64,000 bases of DNA from Amphiscolops sp. MND2022 (Eukaryota), in contig OZ076415.1 of NCBI GenBank assembly GCA_964187785.1, positions 62,186,001 to 62,250,000 on the forward strand, read 5' to 3'. Of this stretch, positions 35,342 through 45,983 are shown piece after piece (positions within the stretch are counted from its first letter, which is position 1; each line of letters opens with the position of its first letter). The notes under the pieces are model-generated. The model had not been told where the DNA came from and ran no database searches. It saw nothing but the letters and a program-made list of their open reading frames with translations. The position numbers and the translations under genes were made by a program.

Positions 35342-37038
35342 AACATTTTGTCATTGCTTGTTGAAGAAAAACAGTTTCAGCTGTTTACATGATTTGTACT
35401 TGAAAAACTTTACTTACAACTTAGGTTTCACTTTTCTCTTGTGGGCATTTTTACATGTCTTTTTGTGTTACTACTTTGCATCCTGTATATTTTCATTGTA
35501 TGTTGTTGTTTTATTGCTGATGCTGGGCGATTTGTTGGATTTGCTTTTTTACTGTGCTGTTCTTTGCATGTTTTTGCATGGTTGTTTTGAGCTTTTGACA
35601 ATTGTTACATGTTTTTAGTTACTTAGATCGGTACATCTTGTGTGTATCTTCCTTCTTGCGGGCACGGATAGTATTTTCAGTGTGTCCAGAAACAGAAAAT
35701 ACAGTCATTGACTTAAAACGTTCTTTTGTCCTAGAGTAGAGCTCTGCAGGTAGTGTGGTTTTCAAACATATCGGCTATCATTTTTCTTCGGTGTAGTTGG
35801 TGACTGCTCGAGCATGGTAACGAGACGCTTGTACCATGGCTCTTTTGGCCTAAGCACTGCATTGCAAAGTGGGTGACTGGGCAGCTTGCTCATTCCAATG
35901 CTTGAACGTCCAAGGAGTGCACCCTTGGTTTAAGACTTAACTTATTCAGCGTGTGATTTTGTTTACATGTGTTTTTTTTCCTCTAATGCCTAAGTTGCAT
36001 GTTTTTACTGTTCTTATTACATTACATGAAATTTTTCGTTTGTAATGACGTCATCATCGTTGGTGTGTGTCTTGTGACGTCACCACTCGTGATGTGTGTC
36101 ATTTTTGTTGAGACTTTTGGAAATGTTACGTTATGGTAATGACTATGGCTGGCGGGCTGTAGTTGACTATTGTTTTTAGTCGTGTTCGCGCTGAAAATTA
36201 TTTTCGAGGGTAAGGCCACGAACTCCTTAAATTTTTGTCAAGGCGAGGCAAAGCCTACGCATTTTTGGTTGGTTTAAGGGGTCGGGCGTTCATGGTTTTA
36301 TTGTTGTTGGCCGTCCGCTTTTTTTGTGTTTTTCTTTAGCAATGTTCGGTTTATTGTAAGGTGAATTGCCGTCGCAACCACCCATTCAAAACTAACACTG
36401 AATCCAGTTGCTAAAGAGCAACCTTCATCTGTATGTTGACGACCAACCACACAAGCACGTTTTTTGACGACGCACCCACACAGCCAGCTCTATGATTTCA
36501 AGGTTAAACGAGAGGGGCTTAGTTGCGTTGTCTTAACGTTGGCGGGGCAGCAGATCGTTCCTGTTAGTTTGTTGTGCGTGTTGGGAACGTTATTTGCGTT
36601 CACGTTTCATTAGTTGGATTGGAATAGTTCCAGATTCAAGATATTTTACTAGTACTGTGGCTATGGTAATTTTGGCGTGAATTGCATAAATTATCTCGCG
36701 TTAATTCGTGTGGTACATGTATTTCCGCATCGCACTTTTTATGACGACTAGTGTTCGCCGTCGTTGCGTTTCCGTCCGTTCATTCTTAATGGCAGTTAGC
36801 GTTCAATGATAGTTTAGCTCGCATCGTGTTGACTGGAAGTAATGATTGTTTGATTAGTTGTTTTCTAGATTGAGAGTGTTTGGTGAGTACTGTAATTGTA
36901 AAACAATTACCTTCAAGTTTTATAAGTGTGACTATCATGACTGCTATTAGCAGTCGTTGGTGGTGTTTTTCAAGATTACTAAGCTACGAAAAGGGAAGTT
37001 GTATTTCTAGTGTGATTTAGGAGACTTATGAACGACTT

Positions 37039-40000
37039 TCAGTGTAAGTTGTTGTTTTGTAGAAATTTTTGTAAGACAGGTTTTACTTGAAGTTCATGCA
37101 CTAAGAAATCTCGGTACGTTTTCGGTGCAGGTTGTGGCCTTAGATTGTACCGGGTGGTGTTGTTGCGTGACGTAACCGGCGCTTCGTCGTTATTGTTTGG
37201 CAGCTCGTGTTCGTGTGTTGCAGATTGATCAGGTTCATCCTGATATTCGTCGTCTACTCGCGCGCTAACGACTGAGTCGTCAGTTGGTGGCACGAAAATT
37301 TGGGGAGGATGTTCAGTTATTGGTTGTGTTTGTGATCGGTCTGACGACCTTTGAGCATAGTCGTAGTAGATAATACCGTGTTCGGTATCGATTTCTTCAG
37401 GTAGTGGCAATGCGGGTGTTTGTTCAAAATGTATGGTCTGAGGTAAGTGGTCGTTGAACATGTCTTGGTCATCGAAAGCTTCAGGGTCGGCAAAGAAGAG
37501 ATTTGGATCTTCTTCGATGTCGGGTATAGGTGCGTTCCGGATGAAAGGTCGTAAACGCATTCTGTGAACGCACTGTGTGCGGGAAGTGCCGATTTTCCTC
37601 ACTATGTAGTTGAAATTAGTTAAAACTTTTACTACTTTGAAAGGGCCTTCCCATTTAAAGTGGTGGAATGCGATTTTGTCGGACTGGTCGGTGATTTTCG
37701 GGTTGAGGAGGAAGACGAAGTCATTAACTTTCAACGGTGATGCTTGAGCCTTACGGTCGTAGTACCTTTTGTACTTGTGGTAAGCTTGGAGTATGTTATC
37801 GTTTACTTGTTTGTACTTTTCGTTTACTTGGTCAATCAACTTCGTCAAATCAGTGTCTTGTGTGCGGCATTGTAGGGGGTTGCTGAACTTAAGGTCTAAG
37901 GCGTTGAACGGGACTCTACCATGAAACACTTCGCTCGGGGTACACTTAAGTGATTGGTGGTAGGTCGTGTTATGAGCCATAACTGCTAAGTTAACGTACT
38001 TGTCCCATTGGGGAGAGTCAGCTGCAACATTGATTTTCAGTATCTGTTTTAGCTTTTGGTGGGAACGTTCGACCATTCCTATGGTTTGAGCATGTTTTAC
38101 AGTTGCGTGTTCGATTTGGATTCCGGCAGTTTTCATTAGTTCGGTCATGATGTTGGCTGTGAATGCTGTTCCTTTGTCAGTGATGATGGTCTTGGGTACG
38201 TAGGCGTGACGAGTGAAGATTTGTAACAGTGCATTGACTACTGATTTCGTGTCTGGTTTGCGGATCGGGATAGCGAACAGATAGCGCGAGAAATAATCGC
38301 ACGCCGTCAGAATGTGCGTATATCCGTTTGAGTAGGGTAGTTCACCTACCAGGTCGATTTCAAGTATATCTTCTGGACCGTTGCAAGGGTCATAGATTTT
38401 TTCGAGAGGTGGGGTTAGACGTTTTGGGTTGACAGGTTTAGCTTTTAGGCAGTCTGTACAGTTGCTAACAAAGTTTGAGACGTGTTCACTGAGGTTAGGT
38501 ATATAATAACGCTTGCGGAGTTCTACCAACATTTTGGTTGCCCCAGGGTGTCCCTGCATGGGATCGCCATGCATCGTCCTGATTATGGGCAACGTAGTTT
38601 CTGGAGGTACTACAATTTGTTTAAATAGAACTCTACCAGTGTTATCGAAAAACTTCCTGTACAGTACGTTGTTGACTACTTCAAGGCGTTTCTTGTTTTT
38701 TACAAGTTTTTGAAAGAAAGAGCTAGCAAAGTTTACGTGGTTAGGGAGGGGTTCGTCGTTAACTAGGACTCGGACCATTTTTTGGATGTCCTGGTTACTT
38801 AGTTGGTCCTGGAATATTTGAGAATTCCCTTGCGGGCATACCTGGTTTACCATGTTGGGGTGTTGTTTTCTGGTAAACTTCGTCAGTATGATTGAGGGGG
38901 TTTCGCCTGCTAGCACTGGCTCGAGGTGACGACTGATGATCTGGATCATCTTGGTTCGGTCATCGTCATGTTGATCCTGGGTGTTCGCGAGCAGGTGCAG
39001 TAGGGACTGCATTTGGTTGAGTGCGTCATTGGTGTCGTTTGTTTCAGGGTGATTCTGCTCCTGGGACTCATTTGGCTTGGCGTCTTGTGGTTGATCAGGG
39101 TCGTAGTCTTCTTCATCATCATCTTGTTTCGGGGTTTTTGCAGCTAAGTCGATTTCGATGTAGTGGACAGGGATCTGGTCGTTGAGTTTCAAGTGTATTC
39201 TGTCCTCAGGGTTGATGTCGAGCCTAGACAGGTAGTCGGCGGCTGGATTTTCTACTCCTGGCACGTGGGCTAATACGAAATCGAATTGCAGAGCCTGGTC
39301 GCAATGGTTCCACAATTTCGGTGGAATTCGCTTTGATTGGAAAAAGCGGGTTAGCGCTTTGTTGTCCGTCATCACGATTGTGGGTTTCTTGACTCCCCAT
39401 AGTATGTGGGCGAATTCATCGAAGGCGAAGTGCATGGCTAAGAATTCCTTCGCGTATATAGTCAATGACATTTGACCTTCGGTGAATCGTTGGGATCCAA
39501 AGGCGACGGGTGCATACGTCTTCTTCTTCTCGTCGTTGTTCTCGGTGTAATCTTCAATGAGTAGCACGTATCCTGCTGCGTGCTCGCTGGCATCGCACAT
39601 GATGACGAGTTGTTTGTCGGGCAGTGGCAATCTGAGTGACAGTTTTGCTGCTCGTGCTAAATTTTCATTTATGTCAAAGATCGCATCCTTGTGTACTTGT
39701 GTCATTTCGAATTTCACATCTTTTTGTAGAAGTTTGTACAGTGGGACTAGCTTTTCGGCCAATTTCGGGATGTATTGTCTATAAAATTGGACGAAACCGA
39801 TGTAACGTTGCAGTGATTTTACTGATGTTGGAAGTTTGAGTTTTTTGAGGAAGTCATCAATTCGTTTTTCGAGAGGTGCAACGCCTTTAGTTGTTATGCT
39901 ACGTCCCAGAAATTCGATCTTCGGGTTTCCGAAAGCGCACTTTGACATCGAGAGTTTCAGCCCTGCTTTCTGGATCTGCTGGAACACTGCTTCGATGTTG

Positions 40001-41985
40001 GCAACCAGTTCGTCCACGTTGTGTGCAGCTACCCCAATATCGTCGACGTATTGTGCACATTTATCTGCTTTCACTAGTGCATCAAGATACTCGCGGATTG
40101 TGCTGTTAAATGCTGAAAGTGATCTATTCAATCCTTGAGCGAGACGGAGGTATGCGAAGGTTCTGCTGCCAAAATTAAATGCGAGGAGCTGGATTGACTG
40201 TTCATCGGCCATCTGAAGGCAGTGGTAAGCTTGTGAACAGTCGAGCTTACAGAAGTACTTCTTGCCAGCCATGTGTTGAGCGGCGTCTGCTATCGTCGTG
40301 ACCGGGTGATTGTGCTGGTTGTAGTCGTTCTTGAGGAGGTGGTTGATGCGTCTCAAGTCGACTAGGATTCGCAATTTTCCATTGGGCTTCCGCTGGGCTA
40401 ATATCGGGGACGAGTATTTGCTGTATGGAAGTGTGGTGATGATGCCGTATTCTTGCATCAGAGCCAATTCGACGAGGAGGTCGTCCTTCAGGTTAGTCGG
40501 GGTCGGTAGGCTCTGTGCGTACACCGGGTCGTCATGTTTGGGTGTCAGTTTAATTTTGAAATCGGTGTTTATGCCTATGTCGAGGCGGTGACGAGCAAAA
40601 ATCGTGTGGTATTTGACCAATAAGGCTTCGATCCGCTGTTGTTCTTGTTCGGTGAGGATTGAGTCGTCCCAGCTGAAGTTCTTCAGGAACGTCCTTCGTT
40701 GGTCGTCGTCACGTGTAGGGTCAAGTTTCTCAGCTTCACGGAGTTGGATAATCTCATCGTAAATACGGCGTTCGATTTTGTTGAGTTTTTCAGGATCGTC
40801 GCATGTTTCGGGTGATGGGTACCATCTTTTGTCTTTACTTGCGTCTGGTTCTTGAAACAGCTGATTTATGACATTGGTGGCTTCATCTGGGAATTTTGTG
40901 ATGAGTGTTAGTTGTTCACTTGTCATTGGTTGAACATTTTTTGCTTGGTTTGGAGTTAAGATGCGGAAGACTGCCACTGTTGTGTTTTGGGGAATCGTTA
41001 TTGAATGGTCCAAATAGTTGGTGATTTGGACGTGTGTCTGCTGGTCGTTGATCTCGGACATCGATGGGGACACTAGAAGTTCCGTCTTGCGTTCGAAAGC
41101 TGGGAATGCCTCTACCGTGCCTGTCACTTGGCCGATGTCTTTTTCTGATGTCACCGGAATGAAGACTTGTTGTCGTGGTTGTATTGTCGTCTTCTGTGAT
41201 GCTCTGAGTTCCAACATCTGCAATTTGAATTTCCCATTTTGTGGTCTCAACTGAAGTGTAATTTCGGGAAATCTAACGATGTTATTTGCAAGGTCCAGGG
41301 TTACGGAATATTTCTTGAAAAATGACATTCCAATCAATATGTTTCCCATTGTCGGTAAGATCATGAAAGTCTCTTCAAAGACTTTTCCTCCGATAAAGAA
41401 CCGAAGGAGGACTTGCTTCCGGACTGGAACTATACTTCCGTTAGCAATTTGCACTTTGAAGTCCGGAGCAGGGTACTCTTCAAGTTGGGCCGCTGGGTGG
41501 GCTTGTAATATTCGGCGTAGTTCGTTTTCGGACATTGCGCTTTGGATAGCCCCTGTGTCTAGCAGTCCTTGATTTTCATATGCTCTGAAATGGAGGGGGA
41601 CGTAGAGCATTTTGTTTCTTTTGTCTAGCTGGAGTGTTGCAGTGAGAGGCTTGATGTTTGTCGTCTTCGGGTTATTTGACGACTTCACTTGTGGTGGGTG
41701 TTTCGAGTCTCGTTTTGCTGGTCGGGTAGTCATTTCGCTAGTTCGTGAGTCCCTTGGTTCACAGTCCTTTGTTGTACATGAAGGGTCGTCTCCAACTAAC
41801 GGGAGAATGTGGTAGTTGTTATGTGACACTTTATGTACATAGTATTTCTTGGGTAGTTTAGTCTGGGGGACAGAATGCTGCCGACATTCTGGCGTGTGAG
41901 TCTTCGAGTCGTAGTAGTGGTTGATTTGTGGTTGTTTGCGCGCACTGTTGGTCTGGGTGTGTTGGGGATGACGTGGCTTTACAAG
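37039..41985 (-). CDS. pol: Gypsy pol (protease, RT, RNase H, integrase), intact; probably entered by -1 frameshift
   Basis: Frame is open from 41985 to the stop at 37039. PR LLDTGA; RT KLDCSQAYH, YVDD; RH CDAS; IN HGDPMQGH...CTDC, EIDLVG, ITDKG, ERSH, WEGPF. Confidence 0.96.
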   Translation of the reverse strand, partial: LVKPRHPQHTQTNSARKQPQINHYYDSKTHTPECRQHSVPQTKLPKKYYVHKVSHNNYHILPLVGDDPSCTTKDCEPRDSRTSEMTTRPAKRDSKHPPQVKSSNNPKTTNIKPLTATLQLDKRNKMLYVPLHFRAYENQGLLDTGAIQSAMSENELRRILQAHPAAQLEEYPAPDFKVQIANGSIVPVRKQVLLRFFIGGKVFEETFMILPTMGNILIGMSFFKKYSVTLDLANNIVRFPEITLQLRPQNGKFKLQMLELRASQKTTIQPRQQVFIPVTSEKDIGQVTGTVEAFPAFERKTELLVSPSMSEINDQQTHVQITNYLDHSITIPQNTTVAVFRILTPNQAKNVQPMTSEQLTLITKFPDEATNVINQLFQEPDASKDKRWYPSPETCDDPEKLNKIERRIYDEIIQLREAEKLDPTRDDDQRRTFLKNFSWDDSILTEQEQQRIEALLVKYHTIFARHRLDIGINTDFKIKLTPKHDDPVYAQSLPTPTNLKDDLLVELALMQEYGIITTLPYSKYSSPILAQRKPNGKLRILVDLRRINHLLKNDYNQHNHPVTTIADAAQHMAGKKYFCKLDCSQAYHCLQMADEQSIQLLAFNFGSRTFAYLRLAQGLNRSLSAFNSTIREYLDALVKADKCAQYVDDIGVAAHNVDELVANIEAVFQQIQKAGLKLSMSKCAFGNPKIEFLGRSITTKGVAPLEKRIDDFLKKLKLPTSVKSLQRYIGFVQFYRQYIPKLAEKLVPLYKLLQKDVKFEMTQVHKDAIFDINENLARAAKLSLRLPLPDKQLVIMCDASEHAAGYVLLIEDYTENNDEKKKTYAPVAFGSQRFTEGQMSLTIYAKEFLAMHFAFDEFAHILWGVKKPTIVMTDNKALTRFFQSKRIPPKLWNHCDQALQFDFVLAHVPGVENPAADYLSRLDINPEDRIHLKLNDQIPVHYIEIDLAAKTPKQDDDEEDYDPDQPQDAKPNESQEQNHPETNDTNDALNQMQSLLHLLANTQDQHDDDRTKMIQIISRHLEPVLAGETPSIILTKFTRKQHPNMVNQVCPQGNSQIFQDQLSNQDIQKMVRVLVNDEPLPNHVNFASSFFQKLVKNKKRLEVVNNVLYRKFFDNTGRVLFKQIVVPPETTLPIIRTMHGDPMQGHPGATKMLVELRKRYYIPNLSEHVSNFVSNCTDCLKAKPVNPKRLTPPLEKIYDPCNGPEDILEIDLVGELPYSNGYTHILTACDYFSRYLFAIPIRKPDTKSVVNALLQIFTRHAYVPKTIITDKGTAFTANIMTELMKTAGIQIEHATVKHAQTIGMVERSHQKLKQILKINVAADSPQWDKYVNLAVMAHNTTYHQSLKCTPSEVFHGRVPFNALDLKFSNPLQCRTQDTDLTKLIDQVNEKYKQVNDNILQAYHKYKRYYDRKAQASPLKVNDFVFLLNPKITDQSDKIAFHHFKWEGPFKVVKVLTNFNYIVRKIGTSRTQCVHRMRLRPFIRNAPIPDIEEDPNLFFADPEAFDDQDMFNDHLPQTIHFEQTPALPLPEEIDTEHGIIYYDYAQRSSDRSQTQPITEHPPQIFVPPTDDSVVSARVDDEYQDEPDQSATHEHELPNNNDEAPVTSRNNTTRYNLRPQPAPKTYRDFLVHELQVKPVLQKFLQNNNLH

Positions 41986-41991
41986 TTTTTT
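41985..41991 (-). promoter_or_regulatory. -1 ribosomal frameshift heptamer A AAA AAC
   Basis: gag frame reads TCA AAA AAC TTG TAA; a -1 shift enters the pol frame, which has no stop between 41985 and 41829. Confidence 0.75.
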
Positions 41992-43200
41992 GAATTCTGG
42001 GTGAATTCTTCATTGTAATCCTCGTCGTAGCAATCGTTCTGGCCTTCTGTCTGTGTTGTTTCACTTGTTGCCTGGGCTACGTAGTAGGGTTGCTGTCGTG
42101 TGTTCTGCGATTGGCGGAGGTCTCGTCTGAATTCGCGGTTCTCCGTTGTTGACTGCTTCTGGTAAGGTACATTCTGGTAGGCTGATGCACCTGGCACGCG
42201 GTCTCGGCAATCTCGTGCAGAGTGTCCGACCTTGCCGCAGATTTGACACACCAATTTTGGGTTATATCGGGTTTTGTCAGTCTGGGGTTGTTGGTTGTTG
42301 CTATCTTGTTGAGGGCGTTGATAGGTTTTGGTGTGGATTCCGTTTGATTCATCCCGGAGGCGTTTTCGGCAGTCAATCCACTTGTGACCAACTATGTTGC
42401 AATATCTGCAATTGCCTTCGAATTTTCGTTTGACTTCTTTATTTGCATTTGGTTTCGCCGCGTTGTTGCTGGTGGAAGTCGTCTGTTGGTTTGTTTATTG
42501 TTTGGCAGGGTAATTCTGAATGTTGTTCAGAGGCTGCATTCCCGCGTTGTTCGGTATCAGTTGTGCGTACTGGCAACGTCTCTGAACGAAGGTCTTGATT
42601 TCTTCGCTGGTAGCGTCGTGCTTTCCTGCCATCGCTAATTCATTTTGTATCTGGATTGGCAATTTGGCAAATAAGAAGGTTTCTGCTATGTCGTTTGCTT
42701 TTTCACCGTACGCCTGTTTTGCCAGCTTTTTAAACTTCGTCAGGAAGTCGGCAAATGACTCCGTTGTCGGGTCGTACCTCATTTGATCGAACTTGTACTT
42801 CGATACTTCTTTGAGGTCTTCTTTGGCGTATTCCTTGCTGAATGCCTGGAGTATGTCGGTGAGTGTTGTTTCGGTTGTTATTTTCAAAGTTTGCCAAAAT
42901 TCAATGGCGTCGTCCCTGAGTAAGCTTTGGAAGTAATTTAGCTTCTGTTCTTCCGTCAATTTGTGCATGTGGGGCCGGAGATGGTTTTTGAGTAAGTGTT
43001 CAAACTCGTTATATTTCTCTCGGTTCCCACGGAATAGAGGGACTTGTGTTTGGAGTTTTTTTTGGCTGGATCACTCCATCAACCATTGTTGTTCTGAGGT
43101 GCTGTATTTCGGACATTACGTCTCCCATCTGTGGGTCGAGCAGTGAAGGTGGAGTTCTTCTTGGCGGTTGGGTATTGGGTGTCGGCGGTGGGTTCGCCAA

Positions 43201-43214
43201 GACTCCTGTCACCA
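43201..43214 (-). promoter_or_regulatory. Primer-binding site TGGTGACAGGAGTC (tRNA-Leu-like), inside the gag ORF
   Basis: Starts at the base after the LTR-terminal CA; one mismatch from the tRNA-Leu-type PBS TGGTGTCAGGAGT. Confidence 0.7.
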
Positions 43215-44361
43215 TGTCAGAACGTACGGACGTCTCAGAATTGTGTACGTCTCTGTAGTTCTCTTCCCTACTGTTTGACATTTTATCAGTAAGGGCTCTC
43301 ACAATACTTGTTAGTTCGCTAATTTGTCGGTTCATTTCCATAAACCGTTGCTCAATTCTATGTTTTTCATGGTCGCGTTCAATCTCTCTCATACCATTCA
43401 AGTCCTCATTTCCGTTAACATTTTCAGCAAAGTGATCGGCAACACTCATGTTGTCTTCATCTCCAAAGTACTCATTCGTTTCTTCTCGACTAAATCTGTT
43501 TTCTCTATTGAATCCTGATCGAGTATTAACCATTGTTTTAAAAGATACAAGTTGGTAAGATGTTTAAATTTGAATTGGTAAGTTTAATAAAATGAGCTAA
43601 GATTTGTTAAAGTACGACTGTATTCCAAGGTGGTTAGTTCTACTGTCTGGTTTGTCCTAATTGTGGTAGCACCTTCAATCTCATAATTACTCGCTAATTG
43701 CACCTGAGTATTTGAGTCTCTTCTTGTTTGATTGTTTTAGTAGACCTGCCGTTAGCACCTTTGTACGACTGGTCACTTCAGTCGTCACTAGTTACTATTT
43801 CGGTATTTCAACTCTAATGACACATTAGTATGCGTCGTTAATTTCACTACTTCACAGCACGTGTTAATGATTGAGGTTTTGAGTATAATTACTGCATTTG
43901 ATTACTGGTAATACTTCTGTAATTAGCACTGAGTGTGGAATATGACTATCGTTTGGAGTCGTTTCTAGTGATTCTACAAGGTTTCACTGAATGAATATTT
44001 TATGAATGATGCTAAATGAACTAAACGATGCTTTAGGGATGAATTGTTAAATGTTTAAATATGGCAAACTGCATGTATGTTTAAGTAAGAAAGGTACGAC
44101 CAGATATGCCAGTCGTTTGTATAATTGCCCTAAAGGTTGCGTTAAAAAATATGTAAAGCGGAAAATGCTTTTATGCATTTTACAGAACTCAAATTGCACT
44201 GGTAGTTTGTGGCATGAATGAAATTGGGATGACGACTTTGTAGTACGGTCGTCCATTATATGTATTTACATGTATTCTAAACTGTTTATGATTTAGTGTT
44301 TTATCTGATTGGGGAGGACTTCATCTCTCAGTCGTTGTATCTCATACCAACTGGTATGACA
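43215..44361 (-). repeat. 5' LTR (1147 bp)
   Basis: Minus strand runs TGTCATACC...TCTGACA, immediately followed by a TGG PBS. Confidence 0.97.
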
Positions 44362-44917
44362 TGTAGAGTTGATGATCTAACAGTCAATGACTTTATGTTC
44401 GTAGTCTAGTCGTCGCTGATGCATAGCGAGTTTCAATTTATGGCAGGCAGACTCTTTTCGCTACAGATGATTAGTGGAGTTAGGTAAGGTGTGAAGTATT
44501 TTTTGAAGTCAACAATTTCTTATCTTGAATCATCCGGTGAGTTGTAGAGAGCATAGAGAACAAATTCCAATTTGTTGAGATTTACGAAACGTGCTACACA
44601 GCAATCAAGTTACTGCAGTTGTTTGGAAACAATGGTGTTTTTTCACGACCAACAAAGAACCTCTGTGACCTCATACTCTTCGCTTGTCTGCATACTTGAT
44701 AGAATTTATTCTCGTTAAATTGTTCTTCAGAGTCTTCCACACTCGCATCCAGCAACGTCTCAAGACAGCAAAAGGCACTATAATGACTCAAAAGTGCCGC
44801 ATTTAGGAACTTGTATCATCGTTCTGTTTTCCAAAGACTTCGAGTGTTCAGTAGGAGCATGATTATGTAAAATAGTTAGTGAATTTTGTAAAACTGTAGG
44901 ACTTTCTTCCTATATTT

Positions 44918-45983
44918 AAAAGTTGAGAGTCCCGTATTCATAGGTCTCTCCCAACACGCTGTCATCCGTTGTACGTAAACATTTTATGCGTTTTGTCTTA
45001 ACAGCAAATAAGAAAAGGAAGTTCTCTTTTTGAGTTCAGTTCACTTTTTCAAAATTTTTTGCAAGTAGTGGGCATATTTCGTATTTTATGTTGTGAAGGA
45101 AAACAGGACAGTTTTTGATTTCTGTATTGTATGTCTCTGACGAATATTCCAAGTCTCCTCAACACCTTGACGTTAGTATCACTGCTAACGTTGTTAAGTA
45201 TCTCCTTCACCAATTGTTGGGACAAGTATTCGTATTCCTTTTTTTCCAAGAAGCTCAGGGATCTCAAACTATCAGACATGTTAAGATATCATTGTTCAAT
45301 ATTTGCTTCTACTCTGGTGTCAGCGAAGCTCTCCTTATGAAAATGTGTCAACGTTTTTTACCAATAATTTGCGGGATTTCGTTTGACTTTTTTTCAGGAC
45401 ACTTTCATATATTCGTCAAATTTTTGTAATTCAATGAAGTTAGTTTCACCTGCAGTGTGCAGGTTAAAAAAGTTGAGAGTCCCGTATTCATACGTCACTC
45501 CCAACACGCTGTCATCCTTTGTACGTAAACTTTTTTTGCGTTTCGTCTCAACAGCAAATAAGAAAAAGATGTTCTCTTTTTGAGTTCGGTTCACTTTTTC
45601 AAAACTTTTTGCAAGTAGTGGGCATGCTTCGTAATTTGTGTTGTGAAGGAAAACAGGACAGTTTTTGATTTCTGTATGTCTCTGACGAATATTCCAAGTC
45701 TCCTCAACACCTTGACGTTAGTGTCACCGCTAACGTTGTTAAGTATCTCGTTCACCAACTGTTGGGACAAGTATTCGTATTCCTGTTTTTCCAAGAAGCT
45801 CAGGGATCTCAAACTATCAGACATGTTAAGATATCATTGTTCAATATTTGCTTCGTTTGCTATGAAAATGTGTCAACGTTTTTCACCAATAATTTGTGGG
45901 GTTTCGTTTGACTTTTTTTACAGGACACTTTCATATATTTGTCAACTTTTTGTCATTCAATGAAGTTAGTTTCACCTGCAGTG
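44918..45983. repeat. Tandem duplication of a ~540-bp unit (44918-45457, 45468-45983)
   Basis: Both units begin AAAAGTTGAGAGTCCCGTATTCATA and end TGAAGTTAGTTTCACCTGCAGTG, and give near-duplicate minus-strand ORFs MSDSLRSLSFLEK... Confidence 0.9.

Larger units (their letters stand above)
41979..43533 (-). pseudogene. gag: Gypsy gag with two lesions (+1 in an A8 run; one in-frame TAA)
   Basis: Removing one A at 43056-43063 joins MVNTRSG... to LQTQVPLFRGNREKYNEFEHLLKNHLRPHMHKLTEEQKLNYFQSLL. In-frame TAA at 42495-42497, then two CCHC knuckles (CRYCNIVGHKWIDC, CQICGKVGHSARDC); stop at 41979. Confidence 0.9.
28850..44361 (-). mobile_element. Full-length 15,512-bp Ty3/Gypsy LTR retrotransposon with antisense cargo gene
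   Basis: Two 1147-bp LTRs with TG...CA ends and 10 differences. Perfect 5-bp TSD TGTAG at 28845-28849 and 44362-44366. PBS abuts the 5' LTR and PPT abuts the 3' LTR. Domain order gag, PR-RT-RH-IN; ~7 kb extra between pol and the 3' LTR. Confidence 0.96.
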
